A DNA stretch of 56,875 bases, taken from NCBI GenBank assembly GCA_963575745.1, contig CAUYUJ010000057.1:62001-118875 (forward strand). The letters run 5' to 3'. Numbering within the stretch: position 1 is the first letter of the stretch; the number at the start of each line of letters is the position of its first letter. The position numbers were made by a program, and so were the translations under genes. The stretch is from Prorocentrum cordatum (lineage: Eukaryota). This document shows positions 1 to 38,131 of this stretch, one piece after another. The notes under the pieces were generated by a model that saw nothing but the letters and a program-made list of their open reading frames with translations, was not told the origin of the DNA and did not search any database.

Positions 1-89
1 TAATCAGGAGCGTTGCATAAGGAACAAAGAGCTTGTCCGGCCACGGCAAGCCTCGGCCACGAAGGAACGGCCCGAAATTCAGAGACCCT

Positions 90-105
90 CTTGAGCCCAA
101 AATGG
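90..105 (-). other. Relict (degenerate) dinoflagellate spliced-leader sequence
   Basis: Minus strand reads CCATTTTGGGCTCAAG. The DinoSL 3' part is CCATTTTGGCTCAAG, so this copy has one extra G. Confidence 0.6.
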
Positions 106-494
106 TCGTTACCCCAGCGGCTTGAATGTAAGTTTGGCGAGGCTCCCCACAGCCCCGAGTCACGAATCGGTCTCTGTGGTCTTCCCTGCCCCACTGGCTG
201 CGCCGCCGAGGGCGCCAAACACCAGACCGTTCCCCGATGCCCCCCCAGCGATATGAACTGCGGTTTCGTCTGCGGTATCAGCCAGACACACCGCATTCCC
301 GAATCACCAGAGAGCTCGCCGTGTTTGCCCCATCGCCCCGCAGCCCAAGCGGCGTAGCCCCGCAGAACCCGCGAGAAACAAATGTTTTGTTGAGACCTGC
401 CCGCCTGCTCACTCTCGGCTTCGGCCGCGTCGCCGTCTTCCCGCTTGTCCTCATCCCTCTCCACTCTCTCTGCCTCTCCTCTTTCTTTCGTTTG

Positions 495-525
<31 letters not shown>

Positions 526-1909
526 CCTTTTTCGTCCCGCCTCCCTCCTCCCTCTCCCGTCCTCCACAACCCCCTCCCCGAGCTCCCCACCGTAGGCTGC
601 TCCGAAGGTTGCGCCACATCCAGGGTCACGCCCCAGGCTGCGCCGAGGTGTGGCCCTCAGGCACAAGTCGCAAACCTAGCTGCCCCGTTAAGCAACACGT
701 AGCGTGTTGACACGGAGCTCAACACGTATATTGAAAACGTACACCTGGCGTGACACTTTCGCCAAAAGGTGGGCAAACACGTGGCGAACCAACACGCGAC
801 GTGTTGACACGGACGATTTGAGCACGGTACGTGCTGCGTCTCAAAACGGGCGTATCGAGGCAGCTAAGGTCACAAGCTGCTTGCCCATGACGTCCGCCGA
901 ACAGATTGGCGTGAATGCTCGCCCGAGAAGGTGGACCACGTCGGCCCACAGGGAGCCCCCAAAGCGACCGCAAGAGAGGAACCCGCCCAAAGCGCCACGA
1001 CAGCCTCCGAGCCGGCCTGCGCTTAGGAGCTGCATGAGTGTTGCTTGGCACTTCGCGGCGCCGGCCCGGGCGACACGCAAGCCCTGCAAGCTGGTCGCGC
1101 GTCGCTCCACCCCGCAGGGGCGGGAGGCTGGGAAGGCTCGGGACATTGAGCTCGGGGACCGGGAAGTGGACAGCACGCCGCGCCGAGGCGTGGTGGTGGC
1201 CAGCACCCGAGGAGCCACACGCGGAGCGGACGTGCCCGACCGCAGCAGCTTTCTTGACGCCGGCGCCAGGAGCCCTCGACCATGTCCCCGCGGCAGGATT
1301 TCCATCCTGAGCCGTGCTTTTTTACTGCCCCCAGGCCCGGAAACGGCCCCCTGAGGCCGACAACGGCAAACACCTGGTCGCCGCGGCTCTCGTTGCAGCG
1401 CCCGGGTGCGAGGGGGCCCCAGCTCAGGCCCCAGCGCGCCCCAGGGAGGAGGCACGCTCCTCGTGAGAGAGAGAGAGAGAGAGAGAGCAGCCGCGTGACC
1501 AAAGCAGGAGGGAGGAGAGCAGGCCTGCCTTGGCCTTCTCCCAAGCGCCCCCTGAGTCGAATCGACAAGTCGGACCGGCGATCGAAATGACTCGGGTCGG
1601 CGGAAATCGGCAGCCAGGTCGGGAAACGTCGAACCGGCGGAAATCGGTAGCTTGGCAGAGGCCTCCACGAAGAAATCGGAGCCCACATCGGAATCCGCAG
1701 TCGCACCGAATCGGCATCGGAAGCCACCGGCATCGAAAATCGAATCGAAGCGGTGGCATCGAAATGATCCCTGTTCTCCCGCTTGGCCCAGGATGCGCTC
1801 TGGAGAGAGCCAGGGGCGGCGCGCGCACGGAGCTGCCGGCGCGACGGCGGGGGCGGCCTTCTCAGCAGGACGCGCACAGCCACAGCGGTCTGCGCGCCCA
1901 TCGAGGACG

Positions 1910-2210
1910 AAGAAGAGGATGAGGATGAGGAGCAGAGGGAGAAGGAGGCGGAGGAGGAGGACGGAGGAGGAGGAGGAGGAGGAGGAGGAGGAGGAGGAGG
2001 AGGAGGAGGAGGAGGAGGAGGAGGAGGAGGAGGAGGAGGGATCAGGAGGAGGAGGAGGAGGAGGAGGAGGACGGAGGAGGAGGAGGAGGAGGAGGAGAGG
2101 AGGAGGAGGAGGAGGGAGGAGGAGGAGGAGGAGGAGGAGGAGGAGGAGGAGGAGGAGGAGGAGGAGGAGGAGGAGGAGGAGGCGGAGGAGGAGGAGGAGG
2201 CGGAGGAGGC
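1910..2210. repeat. (GAG)n microsatellite
   Basis: Directly visible trinucleotide run. It produces the poly-E/G/R/P/S/L artefact ORFs. Confidence 0.95.
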
Positions 2211-3059
2211 GCGCAGGCTCGGGCAGGAGCGCCTGCCTCGCACGCCGCGAGGCGCGCCCAGCGCCGCACCGCGAGAGCTGGCGCCGCGCCTCGGAGAGCC
2301 GCCCCCGCCGCGCCGCGGCGGCGGCCCCTTCGCGCACGGCAGGCCTCGGCCTCGGCGCCCCGCGCTCCGCGGGCAGGCCTCGGCCCGCGGCGCGCGCCGC
2401 GGGCCTCTGCGCGCGCGGCGGGCCTCGGCGGGGGGCCGCGCTGCGTGCAGCGCGCCCCCCGTCGACGGCGGGGCAGCGATGGGGCGGCAGCGGCCTGGCA
2501 AACGGCGACACGTCGCCGGCAGATCGGCGAAAGGGGGCGCCTCCGAGGGCGCAGCCGAGCGCTTTCGGGCGGGGCGGGGCAGCGGGGCCCCCCCTCGGCG
2601 ACGAACGGGCGATTCGGGGGTGTTGCGCCCCGCCCGGATCTACCACTGTTCCCATAGTAGTAAGCACCACCTCCCTCAGGCGACCAGCAGCCAACCAGGA
2701 CCAATGAGGGCCCCCCCCGCCATCCCTGTCAAAAAAACATGTGAGGTTCACTTTGGGGTAAAATCTTGGGTCATTATCAGGGGGGGCGCAAGCTCTGTGT
2801 ATTGTTGTTTGACAGGGGCGGCGTGGGTGCCCGCACATTGCACTTGCGCGCAGGGCCAGCATCCTTATCAAAAACTTACAACGTGCACTGCCGAGACAAG
2901 AACACCTCGCCACAGCGTTGCGCACATGGTGTCGGTTCTGGATCCCATTAGCTGCCCTTCCAAAGACTACCGCTGACCATGCTGCGGCTCGGGTGCTACT
3001 TATGTGGCAGGTTTCGGAAACCCTGTACGCAACAACGTTTTCATCTCTTGGACACGTTG

Positions 3060-3190
3060 TTTTACTTTCGCCGTCTTCCGCCGGCGGAGGCGGCCTCGTT
3101 TTACTTCCGCCGACCTTCCGCCGCCCTTCCGCCGCCCTTCCGCCGCCTTCCGCCGCCTTCCGCCGCCTTCCGTCGAGGAAGAGATGACAA
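3060..3190. repeat. Interspersed repeat with CCTTCCGCCG subrepeats (second copy ~20110-20235)
   Basis: Both sites share the string cttccgccggcggaggcggcctcgtt(t/c)tacttccgccgaccttccgccgccc followed by gaagagatg. Confidence 0.8.
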
Positions 3191-3509
3191 CTCTTTCTAT
3201 CCATCGAAGGCAAGGCCCTGTCTGGAACGCCTCATGTGTTGGGAGGGCGGATGGGAGGGAGCGAGACGGCTTGCGGGCGGGGAGGGTGTCTTGACCCCCC
3301 CCCCCAACGCTGCCCACAATCGACGCGCAGAACCTGGCTCTGCTTCTCCACGATGGTGGGTGCGCCCAAGAGGGGGCGTACAAGGGGGAGGCGCCTAAGA
3401 GGGGGTGTCGCATATCGTGGCAAGAGGCACGTACGCGGCCCAGGGGAGGGCCAGGGGACATGCTGAAAGAAGAAAAAGAAAAAGAGGAAACAGAGGATGA
3501 AGAAGAAGA

Positions 3510-3695
3510 ATAAGTAGTAGAGTAAGACGAAGTAGAATAAGAATAAGTAGTAGTAGTAGTAGTAGTAGTAGAAGAAGAAATATAAGTAGTAGTAGTGGTA
3601 GTAGTCGTAGTAGTAGTAGTAGAAGAAGAAGAAGTCGTAGTCGTCGTAGTAGTAGTAGTAGTAGCAGTAGTAGTAGTAGTAGTAGCAGTAGTAGC

Positions 3696-3737
<42 letters not shown>

Positions 3738-3835
3738 CGTAGTAGTAGTCGTAGTAGTAGTAGTAGTAGTAGTAGCAGCAGCAGTAGTAGTAGTAGTAGT
3801 CGTAGAAGAAGAAGAAGGAGAAGAAGAAGAAGAAG
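3510..3835. repeat. (GTA)n/(GAA)n microsatellite
   Basis: Directly visible. Confidence 0.95.
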
Positions 3836-4361
3836 AGGGGGCCAAGAAATCCCGGGAGATGCCATGGCCCCGGCCATGACACCCACACCCCCGTAGGCGT
3901 CACGCCCGCCCCTGGCCGCCCCCGAGACGCGCAGAGCCCGGCCCTGCGTCTCCACGAGGGCTGTTGGCGGCCCGAGCGCGGCAGCTCTCAGCACGGGCCC
4001 TGGGCCCCGTGACGCCCGGGGCGTGAGAGAGCCCCCGCTCGCGCCCAGCTGCTCGCCAGCGCGGCACACGTCGCCGTGCTACTCCACGAGGGTGGTGGTG
4101 ACCTGCGTGCGATAGATTCGACGACCCCTTGGGGACTGCCTCGACGTGTGAGATGGGCGCCCTTTCCCGGGAGCCCCTCCCCGAGGGCCCCAGGGGAGCT
4201 CCAGCCGGGCCTAGAGAGCCCAGCGGGCCCTCCATGCGGCCCCGGAGAGAGGCTGCAAGAGGTCCCCTGGAGCATGGCCCCAGGCGGAGGCACGGCGCCC
4301 CCGCAAGACGGGCCCACAGGCTCGCCTCAAGGAGTCGGCGGCGCCGAGAAAGCCAAAGAAT

Positions 4362-30833
<26,472 letters not shown>

Positions 30834-30903
30834 TCACGCCCGCCGTCACGCCGCGCTCCCGCGAGCGAAGGCGGCGGTCCTGACTGCGAAACCCGAGGTG
30901 AGA

Positions 30904-30925
30904 CTTGAGCCGAAGGTGCGACGGA
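30904..30925 (-). other. Relict spliced leader upstream of ATG 30833
   Basis: TCCGTCGCACCTTCGGCTCAAG matches 17 of 22 positions of DinoSL without gaps, 70 nt before the ATG. Confidence 0.7.
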
Positions 30926-32074
30926 GAGGATCGGCTGTTCACTGCAAACTGGTGGGGGCTGTGGTGATGGTGACAACAAGCACCTGGGTGGGGAGTCAGG
31001 ACATTTTTCAAATGTGTGTATCGCATGGATTATGCGCACAGTCGTTGCGCACGTTTGCAACAGCTACTCGGATGGAGGGCTGCTCCTTTTCAACATGGGG
31101 CTCTCGCGTGGGAAGTCCTCGTATCGAATTGCTAAAGGCGGCTCCTCGTCAAAATGTGATCACAAATCGAGACGCCCTCAAGGCTTATGACCGAAACGTG
31201 TAAACTGTGTTACACTTGCATGGATGCGGGCGAATCCTGAGATATGTTCTACTAGGGGGCCACATGCGAACCCTACCCCTACCCCCCAAGATAATCTGAG
31301 GCGGAGGGTGGGATTCACTTCGCTCGGGAGCTCCCGAACGAGTGTGAACCCCACCCTCCTCCTCAGCAATCGTGGGGTGTAGGGGCAGGGTGCGCATGTG
31401 GCCCCCTACCTATGGCCGGACACTGCCATGAACCTCATGTCCATACCTCTTGGCATCGCTGAAAGCTGAGAAGGAGGGCAGGTGGGGCGGCTCCTTCTCG
31501 GAACGGGGCTCTTGTCCGAATGGCAGGCCAATGGCGCGCCAGGTGGGCTTCTCCTTGATAGAATGGCTCTTTGGTTGGACTCTTGGTCTCCCTTCCTCCT
31601 TCCTCCTCCTCCTCCTCCTCCTCCTCCTCCTCCTCCTCCTCCTTCTCCTTCTCCTCCTCCTCCTCCTCCCCTGCGGGGCTCGCATGAAGCTCTTCTGGAG
31701 CTCTTGGGGCCCTTCGAAGCCATACTGGGGTCCTCTCGGTGCCCGTTTGAAGCATGTTAGGCAAGATGGGAAACATCTCGGGCCCTCTTGGGACCGAAAT
31801 GGTGCCCTCTTGGGACGCTTCGGGGCGCCAGTCCTGGGATCCCCGGAGCTATACCCGGAGCGAGGGTGCGAGAAAGCGGGAGAAGGGACGAGAATACAGA
31901 GAGAGAGAGAGCGAGAGCGAGGGAGAGAGAGAGAGAAACAAACAAAAAGAGAGAGCGAGAGAGAGAGAGAGAGAAAGAAAGAAAGAGAGAGAGAGAGAGG
32001 GAGAGAACAACAACACGTGTGAAACAAAGACAAGCGAATAACATAAGAGAGAAAGAGAGATGGCGATACACATG

Positions 32075-32170
32075 TATGCATGTATGTATGTATGTATGTA
32101 TGTATGTATGTATGTATGTATGTATGTATGTATGTATGTATGTATGTATGTATGTATGTATGTATGTATT
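32075..32170. repeat. (TATG)n microsatellite preceded by (GA)n
   Basis: Directly visible. Confidence 0.95.
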
Positions 32171-33540
32171 TGCACATCGATATATACATATATGTGCATA
32201 CTAGAACCACGTGCGTGCTTCGCGCGCGCTTAGTTTCAGGCGCCCCATGCCAACCTCACGGGATCGGATGAGGATGGACACCATCTCGCAAGGATCACTA
32301 TAATGGGAGCGTGGTTCCTGATGGACGCTTCAGGAGTTGCTGTATAAGGCTCCAGGAAGTCGCGCAAGACAGCCACGAGGAGGACCCAGGGCAGCCTAAG
32401 GGGGGATACCAGAGAGCCCCTAAGAGCCTGGCAAAAACATGCTGGGGGTCTCTTTGGACGCCTTTGGGGGGCCTTCTTGGTGGGCTCTTGGGGTCTCTAA
32501 AGGGTGGGGCCTCTCCGGTTGTCGTTCGGGGTCTCCTGCTGGCCTCTTGGGGCGCGCCTCGTAGGCCTCCTTGGGTCTCTTGGCGTCTGGGCTCGAAGTG
32601 TCACTTTGATCCCCGCTCCTGCCCCTGTCTTGGGGCCGTCTTGAGGGCCTCTCGGGCTGTCTTGGCAGCCTCTTGGGCCGTCTTGGCGCTCTCTTGGGTC
32701 GTTTTCGGACCACATGGAGCCCGCTTGGGCGATTCTGGGCGCCTCGTGGGCCGTCTTGGCGCCCTCTTGGGGTGTCTCGGAGCCCTGTTCGGCGCCTCTT
32801 ATGCCGTCTTCGTGCGTGGAGCAGCGGGGCAGGCGACCACGCAGGAATCCTCGAGAAACCATCGGGGATGCAACGGTTTTCGCCCCTGGGGACGCTCTCG
32901 GGTATCAGCTCGAAGCCCACCTGGTGCACCCACGAGGCTACCTGAGCCCGCATCGGAGCAATGGTGGGCATGCTGGAGCAGTTTAGGGGGCCCTGCAGGC
33001 CTCGTTTAGGGCCCCTGTGGCGCGTCCGACCTCATGTGGGGGGCCGCCCGGAACCCTCTGGGGTGATTTGGGGCGCCTCTTGAGACGTCGTGGCGCCCCC
33101 TTGGGGTGGCCTAGGGCCCTCTCGGGCGCCTCCTGTGCCGCCTCCGTGCGTCGGGCAGCGGAACAGGCGACCACACGAAAGTCTTCGTAAAACCAGGCAG
33201 GAAAATTTATGATTTTGGCCATTGGGGCGTCTCCCAGGGATCAGCTGGAAGCTCTCTTGGGGCGTCGCGGGGGCCACGCGAGCCACCTCGAAGCAATGGT
33301 CGGCGTGTTGGAACTGCTGTGGTGCGTTCTGGCCCCCTTGAGGGTGCCTTTTGGTGGCCGCAGGGCCCCCTTGAGGGTTTTTTTGGCGGGTGGAGGCCCG
33401 TTGGGCCCCCCATGCCCAACAGTGGCACTGGTTTGGGCCCCCCCCAGAGCCTACCCAGAGAACGAGAGAGAGAGAGAGGGAAAAAAAGAGAGAGTGAGAG
33501 AGAGAGAGAGAGATACATATTCATAGATGGATCAATATAC

Positions 33541-33575
<35 letters not shown>

Positions 33576-33899
33576 AACAAAAAAAAGAGAAGAGATTTAG
33601 CCCACATGTCCCAAGATCGCCAGTTCCACTTTTTATCGTGTCTGCAGCAAGGCACACCATTTCTAGCCGAGCGGAAAAAAACTCGCGCCCAGACGCACCT
33701 CGGAGCTTCCCTGAAGCAGCGGCACGTGAGAAGTATTCTAAACGTAAAAAAGCGAAAGCGGGGGACAGGGAGAGAGGGAGACTTGAGCAGGCACGTCGAC
33801 GGGCAACTTCGATACGGCGATCATTCAACTGCTCTGCACAACACTTCACCTTGTTAAAACCGGCCAGGGATTTAGCCCACCTATCCCAAGATCGCCAGT

Positions 33900-34695
33900 T
33901 CAAATGTTTATCGTGTCTGGAGCAAGGCACATCATGTCCAGCCGAGCGGAAAAGAATTCGCGCCCAGACGCAACTCGGAGCTTCCCAGACCCAGATGGAC
34001 AAATCTGGCAGGCGGCATCAATCATGGAGGAAGCGATGGCTGGGCACAGCTGGCGAGGATAAACGGCAGCGATAGCAGTCCAGTGCCGTCCTCTGGGCGC
34101 GTGCCCGGAGAGCTCCTGATGGGCTCGGCCTGTCTTGGAGCATCGCTTGCCGTCGGCATGGCACAAGCGCCGGAGGCGAGATAGACAGCCACCTCGCCAG
34201 GACACGATTCTAGCGGCTTTCTTCCACGCGGTTCCAAACTGACATTGATGCAAACAGGCCTCGGGACAATCGTGACAACGCCTCAGGTTAATCATGCGAG
34301 GGGCCTCCCACATCAAAGATCTATCGGGATTCTCTAAAAACACAGGAACACCGACCTTGAGACAGCAATCGATGAAACGACAAGACACATGCAATGTAGC
34401 ATTGCCAACTTTCAAACGCGCGAGCTGCGAGGGCGAGACCCATCGGAACATCAGTGGAGCGCAGCGGTTGCCTCAACGCCTGAGACCAGGTCGCGCACGA
34501 AATGCCGAGCCACGCGCCAAGCACCGCACCCGGGGGCGCCCACCCTCGCAGCAGCTTCTCGACAGCCTTCACAAGTAGATTACCGTGAGCCCCCCTCTTA
34601 ATGTCGAGCGATACGACGGCGTAGCCAGCCTGGCGCAGCTGCCGCCCCGCGCCGGCAGAGCCCGCGAACAGCTCCAGGAAGACGCGGCGGCGGCG
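33900..34695 (-). pseudogene. C5 cytosine DNA methyltransferase domain (frameshifted)
   Basis: FLELFAGSAG (motif I), SLDI and WLGISCATWS (motif IV region), then in another frame VFLENP (motif VI), QCQFG..WKK and AAVYP..LC. Confidence 0.8.
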
Positions 34696-34766
34696 GCGAG
34701 TCGCGCCGCGCAGCGCAGCCTGGAACTCCTGCCGCAGGCGCCGCACAACGCCAGCGGCGGCGCGGC

Positions 34767-35890
34767 TCAGCGGCGGCGGACCGCCCGGCGGGCGCCCGCT
34801 GCGCTGCCCGCGGGCCGCTTGCGGGCGGAGCTCTGGGAGCCGAAACTCAGAGGCCCAGCGCGCGCCACCTCGGCTAACCGCCTGACCCGCAACCGCAGCT
34901 GGTCGGGCACCTGGTCGATCGCGCCGGGCTGGGCGAAGCCGCGCTCCACGATCAGCTGGAAGTTGCGCCCCACCACCTCGCCGAAGCTGAAGCTGGCGAG
35001 CGGCGCGAGGCTGATCTCCCGCAGAAGCTTCGACTCCTCGGCGTACTTGGCCATTGGCGATGCAGCCCGCCATCGTCCGCGGCGCCTCGCCTGCTCGACT
35101 GGGCGACGATTGGTCAACAAGTCGCCCGACGCCCCGCCGCGGCGCAGCGGGAAAAGGTGCGGCCTCAAGCTCTCCAAGCCCAGCGGCGCCACTGCCCGCG
35201 CGAAGACCGCCCTGAGCGCCGCGGGGCTGAACGGCCACAGCACCTCCTCTGGCCTGGTGGCCAGCTTCAGCGCCTCCAGGAGGTGGTTGAGGAACGCATC
35301 CAGGTCCACCAGCACTGATTCCTCGAAGAGACTTGTCTTGCCAAGAAGGGCGTCTGTAACATCGTGATGAAGAAGGCCCCAGGCCTGGCATGCAGAACCA
35401 GCCGTGGCCGCGGGGTTCACCAGGTGCCGACCCTGCAACTTGAAGCACTCGGAGGGGCAAAGGTAGCACGCGAACGGAGCCACAATCCACGGCGCCATCC
35501 GCCCCCGCTTGCCACGGCGATCCCAGCGGTCGCGAAAGCGGCAGACCGCGGCAAGGGGCACCTCGTGAAGCTCGGCACCCTCCGCTTCTAGGCGATGCCC
35601 GCCCTCCAGCTCTGCGCCAGGCCTGGCTTCCCGGCCCGCCGCGCCTCCGGCAGGGGGCGGGGCAGGGCGGCAAGCAGCTGGCTACCCTCGGCCGCCGCGG
35701 CGCCCGCCTGGAACTGTGAATTCAGGAAGTCCAGCACCGTCAGGTCCAGCTCCACGATCGAGCTCCGCGAGGCCTGGCGGAGAGCGCAGTAGTCCGTGAA
35801 ACTTTGGCACATGCCACGGTAGAGCACCTCGGTCGACTCCTTGATTGCCAGCTGCTCCAGCGGCGAGAGGCCAGCAATTAATCGGCTGAC
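34767..35890 (-). pseudogene. Tyrosine recombinase (frameshifted)
   Basis: YLCPSE (degenerate RPxE), GKT, HLFPLRRGGAS and RGRWRAASPMAKY. The N-terminal part lies in ORF 35588..35827. Confidence 0.8.
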
Positions 35891-36069
35891 GAGTGGCCGC
35901 CAGGTCGCGGGCCAGGCTGGCGCGCGCCCCCGCGCGCGGCCCGCCCCTCGGCTGCGAGCCCCGGCGGCGCGGCATCAGGCGCGGCGGGCAGCCTCCCAAG
36001 GGTGGAGGTGGCCACAGCGCCCGTGACGGGCTCGGCCCGCGGCAAACGGCAACCGGTGAATCAGCCTCG

Positions 36070-38113
36070 GAGACCGCGTGAGGACGGATCGGATGGGTTC
36101 AACTCTGATGCAATCCAGCGCGTGTAAATACGCGAGCCCGAGGCCAAGCTGAGGGCCGCGGTAGATTGTCAACCAGAGTCTGCACGCGCTTTCCAAAGGC
36201 CTCCGAACTTCGCAGGAGATGACCAGCCCCAAGAACAAGTGCGTCCCCTTCGAGACCCAAGATGTCCATGTCCTCAGAGATCTTCACCGCCGCGACTCCA
36301 GCCCAATACGGCTCCACAAAGATAGCATTCGGGACCTCGTCGAGGCAGGAATCCGAGACGCTCAGGAACTCCAGAGGCTGCAGACAGCTGGGGAGAGGAG
36401 GTGATGTGATGACGGCAGGTCCGAGGGCTCTTGCGCGAGCGCGAGCGCCGCCCTCCACGCGATATCGCCAGCGCTCTGACTGGCGTCCCATCTCGGCGAC
36501 CTGCTGCGGAGGCAGCCGCCGGCGCACCAGCCCGAGCCCGAACTCCGAGGCGTCGGGGGCAACGACCTGCGAGTGCCAGGGCGCCAGCAAATCTGCTTGC
36601 AGCAACGGCAGCAGGCAGCGCACCTGCCAGAGCTCCCGCCTCACGCTCTGCCACATCACGACGGGCTCCGACCTGGCCTTGGCAGCGAAGGCGCAGGCCG
36701 CCTGGGCCAGGCAGAGCGCCCCCCGACGCCACAGCGCCGCCCTGGTGACGTGGCCGAGGAGGGCCTTCATGGGCGCGCCGCTGCACTTGCCGATCCGCAG
36801 CAGCTTCTCGATCGCAAGCAGAAGGCGCCAGAGGCACTTGGGCCGCGTCGCGAGGAAGCGGCCGTCGGATTGGCTGAGCCCAAGGAACTTGGAGTCGCGG
36901 CAAGCAGACTCCTGGTCGTGCACCACAAGGCCCAGCTCAACCAGCTGCCCCCGCACGGCCCGCGCCCCGTGGTTGGCGGCGCTCGCGTCGGTGTCGAGCG
37001 CGAAGTAGTTGTCAACGTGCCCCGCGGCTACCGACGGCAGCCCGCTCTCGGCCCGCCGCCCAGGCCGCCCGTCCTTGACGAGGTGGCTGGGCAAAAAGGC
37101 ACCCAGGCTGAGGTTTCGTCGAGGAACGCCCTGGCACGTGCGAAGCGCCCACGAGAAGCCCACCGGCAAGACGCGCAGGCGCGGCGCGATGGGTTCGCCG
37201 GCGCCGGCAGGCAAGCCCGCGACGCCGCAGCTCAGCAGCAGCCCCGCGTCCAGGCTGGCCAGCGAGAAGCGGTCGACCATGTCGGGCGGCGCCGTCGCGC
37301 GGTAGACGGCAGCCTAAAGGTCTCCTGACGCGATGAAGACCCTCTCGTCGGCCTCCAGCGCCCCAAAGGCTGAGGGCGTCGGGGGGCGAGTGGAGGGAGC
37401 AGGCAGGACGTCGCAGCCGATCACCCTCGCGTCGAAGATGATGCGCAGACGCTCGCCTGTGCGACGCGCGAAGAACAGTCCGAGGCCCCCGCCGCGGCCG
37501 CGCTTCCAAGTCAGCACGCCTCGACGCCAGGCCTCTCTGAAAGGTAGCGCAATCGCGAACGTTGTGCTTCATTCAGCAGCGGGTCGACGCGCGCGCCCCG
37601 CGGGCAAGCCTCAGCGCGGATGCTCCGAGCGGCCCGGGGCGGCCGCAGCGCGCGCCCCTTCCAAGCCCTGAGCCACGAGGCGCCCTTGCCCCCGAGCAAG
37701 TCGGTCAAGAACATGGGCTTGCTGGAGAGGGGTGGCCAGGCGATCTCGTCGCCGTCAATGGGAGCGACGGGCCCGCCACGGCTGGAGTAGCCGGGCGCGC
37801 CCGACAAGACCGGGCAGAGGGCCCCCTGTCCTGAGTGCAGATCTGCTGGTGGAGGACCAACGCGCCGATAACTCTGACGAAGATGTTCCAGGGCCAAGCG
37901 CTGTCCCGCGTTGGGGCCGGCGTCGGAGCGGGAACCAAAACTGCCATATAAATCATTCACCACGGTGACGCCCTCCGAGGCCCACTTGTCAGCATGGGCA
38001 GCACGAAGGCGACGACGGACCACGCAGCTGCTAGCAGGCCCATGACAAAAATGCTGGAACCTCGGCTCCAAGGCGGGCAGAGGAAACAGGTCGCGCTGGC
38101 GGCCCTCCTCCAT
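36070..38113 (-). pseudogene. DIRS-type reverse transcriptase / RNase H (multiple frameshifts and stops)
   Basis: RT motifs LFF..RLRIIFDAR, ASGDL, LPVGFSWA, HVDN and FLG. RNase H motifs DASEFGLG, ILGLE, LVDN and LNPSD. Confidence 0.85.
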
Positions 38114-38131
38114 GCCCTTGCAGAGCGGGCG

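Noticed and set aside
841..3845. Long ORFs of 200-790 aa
   Set aside because: Their length comes from GAG/GTA microsatellites and high GC. Short exon-like pieces (~1780-1860, ~2230-2460, ATG ~3878) may belong to a minus-strand gene, but no domain supports them.
4079..4102. Terminal ABC exon VTTTLVE-stop
   Set aside because: The donor after YAE and the resulting frame are ambiguous; this cannot be fixed without cDNA.
31410..31592. Exon-like segment RPRVQPKSHSIKEKPTW
   Set aside because: No homology recognised and no assignable neighbouring exons.
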